From positions 30,008,001 through 30,072,000 of the forward strand of contig OZ336877.1 in assembly GCA_965287045.1 (NCBI GenBank): DNA of 64,000 nucleotides. The letters run 5' to 3'. This document shows, piece after piece, positions 10,778 to 24,093 of this stretch. Every line of letters begins with the position of its first letter. The first letter of the stretch is position 1. This DNA comes from Carcharhinus amblyrhynchos. Its lineage: Eukaryota. Both the position numbers and the translations under genes were made by a program. The notes under the pieces are model-generated. The model did not search any database, was not told where the DNA came from, and saw only the letters and a program-made list of their open reading frames with translations.

Positions 10778-11305
10778 GTTAGAATCACAGAAACATAGAA
10801 AATATTTGCAGGAGTAGGCCATTTGGCCTTTCGAACCTGCACCACTATTCATATGATCATAGATGATCATGCACTTTCAGTATCCCACTCCCGCTTTCTC
10901 TCCATATCCCTTGGTCCCTTTAGCTGCAAAGGCCATGTCCAGCTCCTCCTGAACATGTCTAATGAAGTAGCCCAACAGCTTTCTGTGGTTATGAATTCCA
11001 CAGGTTCACAGCTCTCTGAGCGGAGAAATTCTTCCTCTTCACAATCCTGAGTGGCTTATGCCTTATCCTTGGACTGCGACCCCTAGTTCTGGATTTCCCA
11101 ACATCGGGAACATTCTTCCTGCTTCTAGCCTGTCCAGTCTCATCAGGATTTTATACGTTCCCATGAGATCCTCTCTCTTTCTTCTAAATTCCAGTGAGCA
11201 CGAGCTCAGGCGATCTAATCTCTCTTCATATGTCAGTCCTGTCATTCCAGGAATCAGTCTGGTGAACGTTCGCGGGACTCCCTTAATAGCAAGAATGTCC
11301 TTCCT
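10778..11305 (-). mobile_element. CR1 LINE 3' fragment
   Basis: MTGLTYEERLDRL..SLEFRRKREDLMGTYKIL; minus-strand tail TTCTATGTTTCTGTG. Confidence 0.85.
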
Positions 11306-11312
11306 TTGTCAT

Positions 11313-11439
11313 AGGACAAAATTTTCCCATCCCGCCTGCCATGTGAATTGTAGCAGGCGAGGGGTGGACCATGCAAAGGTCCATTGGCCTCAGTGTGGAT
11401 ATTTTGGTTTCGGACGCGCTCAGCTGGAGAATCCCACCC
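11313..11439. mobile_element. About 125-bp Harbinger-type MITE
   Basis: Ends GGACAAAATTTTCC / GGAGAATCCCACCC; internal similarity to copies at 12011, 20753, 52384, 57179, 58614. Confidence 0.6.
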
Positions 11440-11930
11440 ACAGAGTTTCACAGCACAAAAAGAGGACCTTCAGCCCATCGTGTCTGCACCAGCCACTTAT
11501 CTATTTTAATCCCATTTTCCAGCACTTGCTCCATAGCCTTGTGTGCTATGGTGTTTCAGGTGCTCATTTAAGTGCTTCTTAAATGTTGTGAGGGTTCCCA
11601 CCTCCACCACCCTTTCAGCAGTGAGTTCCAGATTCCCACCACCCTCTAGATGAGGAGGCTTTTCCTCAAATCCCTTTGAAATATATGCTGCCTTGTTTAT
11701 TGCCCCCTCGACGAAGAGAAAAAGTTCCTTCCTATCTACCTATCCCTCATAATTTTGTGCACCTCGATCATGTCCCCCCTCAGCCTTCTCTGCTCTAAGG
11801 AAAACATCCCCAGCCTAACCAGCCTCTGGTTATAGCTGAAATGGTCCAGCCCAGGCTACACCCTGATGATTCTCCTCTGCATCCTCTTCAGTGCAATCAC
11901 ATCATTTCTATAATGTGGCAGCCAGATTTT
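11440..11930 (-). mobile_element. CR1 LINE 3' fragment
   Basis: Reverse complement of GATGTTTTCCTTAGAGCAGAGAAGGCTGAGGGGGACATGATCGAGG. Confidence 0.8.
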
Positions 11931-12010
11931 CATTTTAGGATTCCTGTCTCTCCTGGGTCCCATTAAGCAGTTAAAAAAAAGATTAAATGTCAAATGGATA
12001 AAAAGAATAA

Positions 12011-12137
12011 TGGCCGGAACGCTACCACCTCGCCTGCCACAGAATCAGCGCAGACAAGGGTCAGACAACAGAAACGCCACTGACCTCGGGCGGGAATCTC
12101 TGGTCTCGTCCCGAGTGAGGTCGTAAAATCCCACCCA
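12011..12137. mobile_element. About 125-bp Harbinger-type MITE
   Basis: Ends GGCCGGAACGCTAC / GTAAAATCCCACCC. Confidence 0.65.
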
Positions 12138-12674
12138 AGGTGATTGTGCAGTAGTTTTCTTTTTAAAAGCCGTACAGATGTGAAATTGTTTCTGCCCAAT
12201 GCTGATTGCATTGCATCACTGAGAGCATAATACTGGAAGGATTTAATCATCATCTTTAAAAGTGATGCAAAAATATCAAACAAATTATTTATTCTTTAAT
12301 GGTAACCAAGTAACAAGCGCATTATGAACTAAGCACAATGGGAAAAGTGAGAAGTCTGGCAGAGGAACAGTCACGTGAAGCACTTACAACTCCCTGACTA
12401 AGCTTTCAACTGGGTTAAACAGAATGGATGTATAAATAATCCTCCAGTCTGCCAGCCTTTCATACTGGCTGCTGCAGCGATCCTATTATTAGAAAGCAGA
12501 ATCATGCACTTGGATGTTAGGCAAACATTATCAGCAGAGGGAGACCGCACCAGTAAGCTGCAGTATCTTTAACAGGATTTTTAAAAACCCTGATACTTTC
12601 CCTGCAAACATTCAGTTCCATTGTTCTCTGCCTGCCTATGTCTACATTTAAAACAATGATATGCCAACATAAGT

Positions 12675-12970
12675 TAGCACAATGGCACAGTGATTAGCAC
12701 TGCTGCCTCACAGCACCAGGGACCCAGGTTCAATTCCAGCATCGGGTCACTGTCTGTGTGGAGATTGCACATTCTCCCCATGTCTGCATGGATTTCCTCT
12801 GGGTGCTCTGGTTTCCTCCCATACTCCAAAGATGTGTGGGTTAGGTTGATTGGCTATGCTAACTTGACCCTCATATCAGGGGAGTAGCAGGGTAAATATG
12901 TGGGGCTATGAGAATAGTGGGGTTGTGGTCAGTGCAGACTCCATGGGTTGAATGGCCTCCTTCTATGGTT
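12675..12970 (+). mobile_element. HE1-like V-SINE
   Basis: Head, V-domain and CR1-type tail. Confidence 0.85.
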
Positions 12971-14785
12971 CTGTTTAAAATCTTCCACCTGCGACACTTT
13001 TGTCAATTTTACTTGCAGTAAAGATTTTAACTGAAGGATTTGACATCCACTAAACTTGAACATTGATAGTTCTGCCCAGACCTGTGACACTGTAGGCTGA
13101 ATCTGGATTGTGCAATCTGGGTATGTGCAGTGTGCCAAATTGCCAAAGGTGCATTAGTATCATTCAGTCAGCTATATTGGTGGAATATTGTGCTTTGGTA
13201 TCTTGAAATTTCTGCTCAATATTGGCCCGTTTGATGTAGTAGCAATAACAGGGAAGCTATCGCTGTTGATTGACACTCTGTAATCAATCAGGCTGCAACT
13301 TCCAGCATCTGCACATGCATGCAGTTAAATGGTGATTAGGAAGTTGTTGGTGCTCTGGAAGCTTTGTTACATTGGCATCTTGCCACACACTCATCATTCA
13401 CAGATGTTAAGGGTGCGAATATGCAGAGCTTGTTATTAGATACGTAAGGAGGTCTTGTGGTGCAGTGAGTCAGGAGCTCAGGACTTGATGGCTGAGGAAA
13501 GTGCGCACATAACATGGCCAAACAGGTTAATTTATCAACCTGAAAATCTTTCTGACGCGTGCCAATGGCAGGTGGTGACAGTGGGAGTGATTTCTGGTCA
13601 GCCATGTGATGGAAAGAAAGTTGGAACCTCCATTATCCATAGCTCCAGTCTGAACCCTGGTGATTCTCCTCTGCACCCTCCTGAGTGCAATCATATTCTT
13701 CCTGTAGTGTGGTGACCAGATTTTCGCTTCAGGATTCCTGTCCTTCCTGGGTCCCATTACTGAGCAGTTAAAAAATAAATATCAAATAGATAAAAAGGAT
13801 AATGTGATTTCAAAGTGCATGTTGCCACAGCAACTTGGACACCCTGTGTGAATTGGAATGGACCAGCATTAGATACAAATCACACAGAAAATACTTATGC
13901 TTGTCCATTCAAGTGTAAGTGAGTTTTTAATGACATGTTAAGTCTCAAAAAAAAACTCAGACACCGATAATTTATTTTTAATAACTTGGTACCTCAGTTC
14001 CTTCGGCTATTATCTAGTGTTAGAGATGTAAAAATAAAAATAAAAAAATTTTAATCTCATTGGTTAAGGGAACATGCTATTACGTGGCCTGTTTGTACAG
14101 GTTCCATAATCCCTACAGGGAGCATTGCACTGTTTCTCTAATTAGCACAATCAGCAGCAGTGCAAAAGTTCACAGATAAGTCTGTGGACAACTGTAAGCA
14201 GAATGCAAGGCGAGTGCTGTTTGTTTATCACTGACTACAGAATCCAAAGCAACATTTCTCAAAAAAGAATTAAAATCGTCTTTTTAGAAATGTCAAAGAT
14301 TTGCGATAAAATGTTCGTTGACGGGGAAGCTGTGATGTCTACATGTGCATGAGAGAGAGGAAAAATCCCTGACAAGGTACTGACTCGAGACCCGCTGTAG
14401 CTTTTGTTTTGTCATTCCTCAGGAATATATTCAACTGTGGGATAGAGGGAGACAGATGGCAGCTTGATGCTAATTCAATTACCAGAAAGAAGACTCGCTG
14501 ACTTTTGAAGCTAACTAATCGTCTCACCTGTGATTTATTGACAAACATTGTCGATGTTAATCGTGGCTTGTACCTGTGGGTGACCGTGATAGAAAGTTTG
14601 CACAAGAGAGTGAAACAGAGAGTGTCCAGTGAGAGGGAAACATGAAGGAGAGAGTGATACAGACTGAGAACAGCACAGAACAGAGAGAAAATGGCACAGC
14701 GTTAAAGAGACAAAAAGAGAGGACAGTTTATTTCCTTATTCTAATTTGATTTCTTTTAAAATGTGAGCTAAGCTATGAAAGAAGT

Positions 14786-15469
14786 GGGCGCAATTTTATG
14801 ACCTCGTCCCGCCTGTCGATTGGCGAGGTTAAGTGGTAAAATAGGTTGAGAGGTGAAAAATCAAGTTCATATTCAAATTCCTGTCCCCCCCGATCATACC
14901 CACCCTGTTATGCCAGCGAAATCAACTTTGCGTCCTTTCTGGGCAAGAAAACAATTAAAGTATTTGTGACATGTGATTCACGGATGCTATCATCCGCACT
15001 CACTTGCGTTAACTCCCCACACTGACCAAGCTTCACATTGGCAGAGACCAGACATGATAGCCTCATCAGAGGGATAGGAGGCCATTGAAGCCCCTGGTTA
15101 GGTGGGGGCAGGGCCAGGTAGTGTCCATGTTGCAGTACCAGCCCAGCAGTGTCCATCAGGCACCATGGCAATGCCCTCCAGGCACCATGGCACTGTCCAC
15201 CTGGCACCCTGGAATTGTCCACTGGGCATCATAACTGGCAGTGCCAAGGGTTTGAGGGCTGAGTGGGGGTGAATCCTGAGTGGGAGTGAAGCTATGTCAA
15301 GGGGGAGGCAGGAGGGAGAGCTCAACAGTGGGGGGTGATCAGTGAGGGAAAGAACATTCACTGGGAGATCAGGGCACCTGCGCAATGGTGCCCCAAGAGC
15401 TCAGCAACCAACTCCGCCAACAAACTTTGGCATTGCCCATGAGTGTGAACTGTTGAGAATTTCCTACCC
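14786..15469. mobile_element. Non-autonomous Harbinger-like DNA element
   Basis: Ends GGGCGCAATTTT / GAATTTCCTACCC; GC-rich TGCCA/TGGCA interior shared with 53640-54667. Confidence 0.5.
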
Positions 15470-15937
15470 TTGAATAAGCTCAACTACTACACTTCCTAAG
15501 TTTATGTAATTTTCCAATTTTATCAATAACCAGCATAAAATAAAAATATATTAAAAAATCATTTTAAAATATTTATAGGGATGGAATATTTCCATACTTG
15601 TAGGATACTCTATCTAGTTTAAAAGTTCTTGTCCCTACTTTTGGTACCAACAGCATACAACAACTTAGATACTGTTTCATTAACTGCGGTATATCTTTAT
15701 TAATAATAGTTCGCCCTCACACTGCTGGTTATTTGGTGGCACTGTGAGTCAGAGTTCACCTCGGTGGTCAATCCATTGACAAGGCCTCCAAGGCCATCTT
15801 TGGAGTTGCTGACTAAACTATTTCACCTACAGCAACAACAATGTCTTAGTGTGCTCATTACTTAAATTGTTTTTCACCCACGCCCTTGCGCCATATTAAA
15901 CAATCCCTAATTCTTAGCCCTTTTAATTGGTTTTCAA

Positions 15938-16074
15938 TTACACAAGTGTCTTTTCCAGATGTCTGATATCCTGGGCCTCCGGCAAGGCCGTGTTTGAAGG
16001 AATGGAGTCAGCTGACTCTGCTCTGTTATCTCTTACACCATTATCAATCCCCGAGACAGACATTTTTGTGACCT
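15938..16074 (-). CDS. Putative terminal coding exon of an unidentified gene (ends ...IRHLEKTLV*)
   Basis: Acceptor-like ttttgtacttgttag, 44 open hydrophilic codons, TAA at 15938-15940, AATAAA on the minus strand near 15696-15701; no homologue recognised. Confidence 0.25.
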
Positions 16075-16484
16075 CTAACAAGTACAAAAGGGGTCTATTT
16101 TTCTGAATCAGAGGCATGCACTTTTACACATTTGTTTCATACATTTTACAGAACTTACTCATTCTGGCAAGGCTATGTCTTGACCAAATTACCTATGCTA
16201 CCTTGTACCCACAAATGCAGTTGTGTTTTTAGTCAGAGTTTTGCTTCTCTTTGGTGGCCCATGTTACCACTCTGCAAACCGGGCCACCAAGCAATTTTTT
16301 GCAGCTTTTACTGAAGTTTAATGAAGCTTTTCTGGAACATGTAAGGGCCAACCCTGAAGTAATAGCATCAGAGTGACTCAGGAGAAAGGTACACCGAGGG
16401 AGAATTTAGTATGGCCAGTGCACCTAACTAGCACATCTTTTGGACTGTGGGAGGAAACCAGAACACCCGGAGGAAACCCAAGCT

Positions 16485-17030
16485 CCCATGTGAGCAGTTT
16501 TGGGCCCATATCTAAGGAAGGATGTGCTGGCCTTGGAGAGGGTCTACAGGATATTCACAAGAATGATCCCTGGAATGAAAAGCTTGATGGATGAGGAGAG
16601 TTTGAGGACTCTGTGTCTGTACTTGATGGAGTTTAGAAGGATGAGGGGGGGCATCACATTGAAATTTCCAGAATGCTGAAATGCCTTGATAAAGTGGTTC
16701 TGGGGAGGATGTTTCCATTGGTAGGACAGACTAGGATCTGAGGACACAGCCTCAGAATAAAAAGATGAGCCTTTAGAACCAAGATGAGGAGGAATTTCTT
16801 CAGCCAGAGGATGGTGAATCTATGAAACTCATTGCCACAGAAGGCTGGGGAGGCCAGGTCATTGAGTGTCTTTAAAACAGAGATAGATAGTTTCTTATTT
16901 ACTAAGGGGATCAAAGGTTATGAGGAAAAAGCGGAAGAAAAAGGTTAAAAAACTTATCAAGCATGATTGAATGGCAGAGCAGATTCAATGGGCCAAATGG
17001 TCTAATTCTGCTCCTATATCTTATGGTCTA
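16485..17030 (+). mobile_element. CR1 LINE 3' fragment
   Basis: EQFWAPYLRKDVLALERV..IFTRMIPGM and RRNFFSQRMVNL motifs; tail TCTTATGG. Confidence 0.85.
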
Positions 17031-17379
17031 AGTCAGCAAGCTGGCACACTTGGATCCCCAATGCAAACACAATGTGAACTTATGCTAAATTTCTCCAAAA
17101 GTAGAACCAATGAATTGGAATGGGTTTTTTTTTTGCATATTAGAACATTATAAGAATGCAGCGTTTGTGCTTCACTTCATTGTTTCTTTCATCTGACCAT
17201 TTTCCCTTGTCATCAAGGAATAATATATATATGGACTGCAGTGTTTCAAGAAGGCAGCTCTCCACCACCTTCTCAGGACAACTTGGGGCAGGCAATAAAT
17301 GCTGGCCTAGCCAGCGAAACCTTTTTCCCACGGATAAATAAAGAAAAGTATATATACATACTCAGTCCCAACCCAAGGC

Positions 17380-17672
17380 TGATACAAGACAACAGCAGTG
17401 CTGAGGGGGTGCTGGACTGTCAGAGATGCCATCTTTTCGATGAAATGAGAAACAAGTGCACCCTCTTAGATGGACATAAAAGATCTTGTTGCACTACTTT
17501 GAAGAAGAGCAGGTGGGTTATACCTGGTGTCCTGGGCAACATTCACCCTGTAACCAACATCACAGAAATGGACTATCACATCTGCTGCATTGCAAAGGTA
17601 ATTAATAGGTGGTAAAAGCATTTTGGGATGTCTGATGATCATGGAAGACACCACGTAAACATAAGTATTTGT
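17380..17672 (+). mobile_element. DeuSINE (SacSINE1/AmnSINE1-like) fragment
   Basis: CAGTGCTGAGGGGGTGCTGGACTGTCAGAGATGCC...GATGGACATAAAAGATC...TTTGAAGAAGAGCAGG, typical of the Deu domain. Confidence 0.7.
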
Positions 17673-18214
17673 ATGCACTGCTCGCACACAACAATTTGGA
17701 TGCTGTTTTCACAAATCATTCAACAAATTGTGTGTGTTCTGTTGTCATGCTTTGCAGCACACTGTGTTCCCAAGCCTGAAAGTGTACTCTCCTGATGGTC
17801 TTCCATCAATTACCCCAATAAAATGCACATGCTGGCCATGAGGTACTAGTTTGTTGTCTTTTTATTACCTTGACCAGACCTGGAGTGCTTATTGATTTTG
17901 CTGGGACCAGCACTTATGGGCAGAGGTTTATTTTATGCTGGATGGAATATTTTATCATTTTCTCCTTTTCTTTCTGGGATAACAAGCTCTCAAAAGCTGC
18001 TCTCTGAATATTTAGTTTGAAGCCTGTATTCCCTTCATTTATGGCTTTTGAAAGAATGCAAGTGAGCACTTTCAGCATCGGCACTAGAGATACAGTTCTT
18101 TACATTGATTTGGTAAATGTATTCAACCCACCGCCACTGGACTATTTCTCAAGAATATCTTCTGAATGTTAACAGGACGTAATGGGACAAGGGGCAGGAG
18201 GAGGGGTATTCACA

Positions 18215-18493
18215 GGCTATTTGGCTATTTGGCCCACCGAGTCTACACAACTACAATTCCACCTAAACCCGATCCCCGTAACCCCTATTGACCCCGCTAA
18301 TCCCCCTGACAATCTAGCATGGCCAATCAACCTAACCCTCACATCTTTGTGTGACGGAAACCGGAGTACTCACAGGAAACCCACGCAGACACGGGGAGAA
18401 CATGCAAACTCCACACAGACAGTCATCCAAGGCCAGGATTGAATCCAGGTGCCTGGAGCTGTGAGGCAGCAGTGTGGACCACTGTGCCACCCC
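18215..18493 (-). mobile_element. HE1-like V-SINE
   Basis: Reverse complement of head and V-domain. Confidence 0.85.
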
Positions 18494-18504
18494 AGAAAAC
18501 TCTG

Positions 18505-20240
18505 TGAGCCTGACATGAGGAGAACAATAAAGATTGAAAGAGTGAGACCACAGTGGGGTGTGGCGGAGGGGGTGGGATTTGAAAACAAGTGTGAGAATTT
18601 CAAAATGCCGGGATTGTTTAACCACAAGCTAATGTAAGTCAGCGAGTGCAAGGCAGATGGATGAGTAGGACTTGATGTGAGTTAGGGCATGTACAGCGTA
18701 GTTACGAATGACTTCGAGTTCAGCAAGAGTCGAATATGGGAGGCTGAGCAGGCGTTCCTTGGAATAGTCAAGCCCCGAGCTAACAAGGGCATGGATGAGA
18801 GTTTCAGCAGAAGTTGAGCCTAGGTGGCATTGTGGCAGAATGGTTAGCACTGTTGCCTCACAGCACCAGGGACCCAGGTTCAATTCCAGCCTTGTGTGAC
18901 TGTGAGTGGAGTTCAGGTTGGGTTTCCTCCGGGTGCTCCAGTTTCCTCCCACACTCCAAAGATGTGCAGGTTAGATTGATTGGCCATACTAAATTGTCCC
19001 TTAGTGTCTGGGCAAATACGTGGGACTACATGGATAGGGCCTGGATGGGATTGTTGTCGGTGCAGGCTTGATGGGCTAAATGGCCTCCTTCTGCACTGGA
19101 GGGATCCTATGAGTCGAGAGGAGGGATGAAGTCAGACAAGAATATGAAGGTGGGAATGGGTGGTGTTAGTAATGGTGTGTCTATGTGGTAGGAAGCTCAT
19201 ACAGTCATAGAGGTTTACAGCATGGAAACAGGCCCTTTGGGCCAACTTGTCCATGCCGCACAGGTTTTATCAATAAGCTAGTCTCTTGGGGTCAAAAATA
19301 ATGCCAAGATTTCAAACAGTCTGCCTTAGCCTCAGACGATGTCAGGGTGGGGATAGCATCAGTAGCAAGGGGAAAGGTGGAGACAAGGGCCAAAGAAAGT
19401 AGTTTGGGTCTTCCCAGTATTTAGTTGGAGGAAATTCCTGCTTGGGTATCAATACTCAGTTTTGAAGCAGTGGAGGGGCTAGGTACCATCAGCACACATT
19501 TGGAAACCAATGCTGTGTTTTCAGATGATGTCACTCAGGGGAAGCATGTAGATGTGAAATAGGAGCTGCGCAAACATAGACACTTGAAGGATACTAGAGG
19601 TAACAATGAGGGTGCAGGAAGAGAAGCAATTAAAGATGATTTTCTGGCTGCAGCTGGATAGAACCAGGCAAGTGCCATCTCACCAAGCCCAGCAATGGTG
19701 GGGAGATATTTGAGCAGAATTTCATGGTCAGCCACACCCAAGACTGCACGTGGGTCAAAAAGGCTGGGGAATAATTTATCCAGGTCACACTCACAAGGGA
19801 TGTCATTTGTGACTTTGGTAAGATCTGTTTCATTCAGAATGGACCTGGTCAGAGGGACTCAAACGTGGAGTTTTGGGAAAGGTGGGATCAGATTTGGGAA
19901 GTGATAACATATTCAAGGATGTTGAGGAGAAAAGGGAAGTTGGAACTGAAGAGGTAAAGATTGCAAGGACAGAGAGGCCTGAGATTGCTTTATTGAGGAG
20001 AGCGCTGATGCTGGCAGATTTGAAGGAAAAAAGAAAGTGCCTGAGAAGATAACATCATGTAATATAGCAGCCAGGAAGGGAAGAGGTTGGGTGGTCAGCA
20101 GTTCAGCAGGAAAAGGAGCAAGAGATGGTTCTCATCAACAAGAACAGTTTGGAGAGGCATGAGGGGATATTGGATAGAAACTCAACAAAGATGCATGTTT
20201 AGGATTAAAGTTGGTAAGAGGAGACAAAACAGCCTAAGGA
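18505..20240 (-). mobile_element. Decayed L2 LINE ORF2 fragment, interrupted by a SINE at 18821-19112
   Basis: AETLIHALVSSGLDYS...ALADLH and FEILTLVFKS motifs; RT remnant DHEILL..L....GL.EMALAWF. Confidence 0.8.
18821..19112 (+). mobile_element. HE1-like V-SINE nested in L2
   Basis: GTGGCAGAATGGTTAGCACTG head; CR1-type tail. Confidence 0.85.
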
Positions 20241-20752
20241 ATAAAAAAATAGATTTGTGGTGAATGACTGCCTTTTGGATTGGAGGGTTCATTACTAGAA
20301 CCACTGGTGTTTTTGATCTACTTCATCTTGGGGGGTGGTGGTGCAGTACAAGGCCCAATTTTAAAATTTGAAGGTCATACAAAACTTGAAAGTGTAAGAA
20401 ACAGTGAGGAAAGTAAACTTCCAGAAAACCTAATCAGCCTGGTGGAGAATGATTCCAGGATTCATCTTTTACAGATTTTGTTATTAAGCCAAGGTAAAAC
20501 CTTTCCAGTATACAATCTGCATATTGTCATGATTAGCAACAAGGATGGTATTTATGTAACTTAAAACTGGTACTCACACAAGGATTGTCATAGTTACCAA
20601 ACCCTTTGGGAGATAAAAATGCAAAATAATCTCTAGTTGTCACATAAATATTTAAATGTGTACTGCACCAGAACTTCTGGTCTATGTCAACTGGTATTTT
20701 GGTACTTGTAGCAGAGCAAGGATTGGATGTAAATATTGCCCACTGATATACT

Positions 20753-20876
20753 GGGCCGGAATTTAATGCCTCGCTCATCCCAAAACCATAACATCCCACC
20801 CGAGGTTAACAAACCTTCCCACTGTCTGCCTCTGTCCGCTCCAATTCCCATGGCGGCAGGGAAATAAAATTCCAGC
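20753..20876. mobile_element. About 125-bp Harbinger-type MITE
   Basis: Ends GGGCCGGAATTT / AAAATTCCAGC; body matches 52384-52510 and 57179-57306. Confidence 0.7.
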
Positions 20877-21049
20877 AAGCGTATTTAAATAATACCAAGA
20901 ATGAAAACAGCCTGGTTTAATCTCATATGGTTGTCAGGGCAAGAGTAGAGTCAATAGCAAGGGAACAGGTAGTGATAAGGACCAAAACAAATGGTTCATG
21001 TTTTTCCAATGTTTACCTATCTATGTGTTTAATATTTGGAGTTTAGAGT

Positions 21050-21365
21050 GTTGGACCACTTTAAAGGTGTTCCCTATGCCCAGGCTCTTGGACAAGGGTA
21101 GATGGGATAATTGGCTTTATTTGCTGAGGTATAGAATGTAAGAGCCAGGAATTTACGTTGGGACTGTATAAAACACTAGTTAGGCCACAGCTGGAGTACG
21201 ACTGTGTTTCTGGCCACCGCACTCTGGGAAAGACTCGATTGTGCTCGATTTAAGAGGACATTGCCTAGATTGGAAATTCTAGCTCTGAGGAAAGATCAGG
21301 CACGGTTAGAGCTGTTGAATTTGGGGCAGCAGAGTCTAAGGGGCAGTTAATTGATCTGAGTAAAA
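21050..21365 (+). mobile_element. Old CR1 fragment
   Basis: LYKTLVRPQLEY motif near 21165-21200. Confidence 0.7.
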
Positions 21366-21421
21366 TTAGATTGGCATTGATGATGCCACAATTGTAGAAG
21401 CGCTCTCTCCACGCGTAATAG

Positions 21422-24093
21422 AGTGGGTTTTACAGGAAAGCAGATGGGTGAACCCCTAAATAGATCACCATACCATTGGTGGCATCGCTGGTGCCAGCAT
21501 ATCCAACCTCCCTGCCCCTGCCCCCCCGTTCCCCTATTCCCCCATCCTGCCATGATTTTACAAGCACTGAGAAGGCATTGGATGGTTTGCTTGCCCAATG
21601 TCCAAACTGTGGCCCTTTAATAGGGAAATTAATGCCTGCTTAAGGGTATCATCTTGCTGCTGCTCAGATTTAATGGGCAGCAGGGCAAGTCTATGACCAA
21701 TGTGCAGCCTGGCAGGTTTGATCCTGCCACAGGTCTGCACCCAGCAAGTAACCAACAGGGTTGATCTTGCCAGGGGTCTATGCCCAGAGGGTAACCTGGC
21801 AGGTTTGATCCTGCGGGCTGTTGACAGGTGACCAGAAGCTGGTTTCCTCATTTCTGTATTCCTGCTGTCAATCAGAGGACCAGCACTCCAACACTTCTCC
21901 CTTACCGTGTTCACCTTCCTGGCCTCCCTGTTCGACATGCCACCTCGCTGGAGCCTGCCTACCTCGCTGCAACAACATCCCAGACTTCACTAGCACCTGG
22001 GTCCCCTCACTGAACGCATCCTCCCTAATCTAGCTGCAGTGCCGGCAGCAGTCACACGTGAGTCAGTCACTGGAGGCCTTAGTGTTTGAAGTGTTTGGAA
22101 GGAGAGACACCTTGGTTTTGTAGGAGGCCTGGAAGTCCTCAAGGACCATTCGCAGAAAATGGGAGCGACTGGACCAGGGAATCAATTCCCAGCACCTGGA
22201 AACAGTGCCATAAGAAGTCTAATAACCTCACAAGGGTGATCAAGGTCAGGAAATGAATCATTACAGGACATCTCGTACCTACTACAGCATTAAACCCTCA
22301 GGCATCTCTCAATGCAGCACACCCCCAATCACTCACCAAGCAGCAGTGCTTGTCACTCAGTACTCATGACCAATGTCCAGATACTCCACCACACACATTC
22401 ACAAATGCTGCCAGCCTCATGTTCACCTATTGCTGCCATCACATGCTATTCAGCTAAGGTCAGCAGATCACCCAAACATAATGCTACATAATCACTGTCA
22501 TTTTTACCTCTTGCAGGACAAAACATCATGTAAGAGAAGAAAGCAGAGCAGAAGCAACAAGGGACAGAGGCACCTTCATCTTCTGAGCAGTACAGAGGAG
22601 CAAATTCTTCCCATCATGGGGTTGGCTGTGACAGAGCCCCTGACATTGCTGACAATATTAAACATGACGATATGCGAGTGCTTTATGCTTCTTCTCAAGC
22701 TTACTCTCATCCTTCTACCAACATGGTGAGTAAGGTGTTGCTGGTGTGACCACAGGCCTCTTGTGTCTCTCCCCAACCTCCCCACCTTAATCCCCCCTCC
22801 CTCTGAGTTCCTGCCTCCAGATACCCAAGAACTGCTGCCTGCCCAATCCCACCCTGCCAAGGGGTGAGGGGGTGGCAGGGAGACAAGGAACAGCAAGCAG
22901 CACATCACTGATGAAGAAACCCTATCACTCTATCTGACTTTGCCACCCACCAGCTCCGATATTGGCTCTGCATGTGCTTGGGAAGCTGGGATAAAGGTGG
23001 GATCAGTACCCGGTGAGTCATTGGGCATGATTGGACTGCAGCCAGACCAGGGGAATAGGATGGAGCATAACCAGCTCACCCAAGGGTGAGGCAGCAGACA
23101 GACTTCGTTACAGGGCACTCAGCTCAGGACCACAAAGAGGTGGCAAGCAGCCCCTATCACTGCCAGGAGCATGGAGGGGTCCAGCTCCAACATGGCACAG
23201 AGCCCAGAGCCAAGCTTGCCCCTTCCTCAGCCTCTGCTCCATCCTCCTATTGCGCTGCAGACCCTTCAGCTCATTCACTGCAGCCGCCTGCCCCCATTCC
23301 TGTTGCAGTCAATGCATGTATTCAGACTTCCACATTCTCTAGTACTCCTTGTGAGGATCATTTTCTGGAAAATCCAGGAACTCGCACGACTCCTCTGACG
23401 TCACTCCATAATCCTTGCAGAGATCTTGCAAATGGGGCCCTTTAAATAACGCTGCATACCGGACCCTTCTCACAGCTGAACACATACGCTTTGGCGAGTG
23501 ACAAGGGTATCGTGAATGGATCTGGATGGTCCAAGTTCACAAACAGAACTTCAAATCAGCCGCTAGAACAAAGTGGCATAGTGATAGCCCCAACTCGGAG
23601 GCTCCTGCTGCAGGTTGGAATGTGCTCCTGCCTACCCTTCTCAAGAGGGATGCTGTGTGAGACAGGCCTCCTCAAAAGTAGTGAGAGGGGCACGGTGTAC
23701 CACATGATGGGTCTTCAACCTCCATCACGCCATCTCCACCATCTCCAGTTCCATCTCGAATGCCATCTCTGATGTCATCTTCAGTGCCATCTCCAGGTCT
23801 CCAGCCTCTCCAGTGCCATCTCCAGATCTCCAGCGCCATCTCTGATGTCATCTCCAGTGCCATCTCCAGCGCCACCTCCAGTGCCATCTCCAGCACCATC
23901 TCCAGTGCCAACAGCTCTCCAAATTTTTTGACTGCAATAACTTCCCACGTTCACCAACTGTGGTATTAATTGGAGGGTGTTGAATGGTCACACTTGGTGG
24001 TCACCTGGTTACGTACGAGAGACCAGGCAAGTAATCAGAAAGGCTTTGCCCTGTACCCTTCATAGTGCCAAGCTTGAAATGTAAATCCCAATA
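21422..24093 (+). mobile_element. Decayed PIF/Harbinger transposon carrying a Myb/SANT-like gene remnant
   Basis: LEALVFEVFGRRDTL...WKQCHKKSNNLTRVIK|DK...LHLLSSTEEQILPIMG with GT-AG intron 22245-22516; imperfect TIRs AGTGGGTTTTACA / TGTAAATCCCAAT. Confidence 0.6.
23720..23915. repeat. 12-bp minisatellite (CCATCTCCAGYG)n
   Basis: Roughly 15 degenerate copies; reads (MALE)n on the minus strand. Confidence 0.85.

Noticed and set aside
23672-23969. (MALE)n and (SSAI)n repeat proteins
   Set aside because: Translations of a 12-bp minisatellite inside a transposon relic
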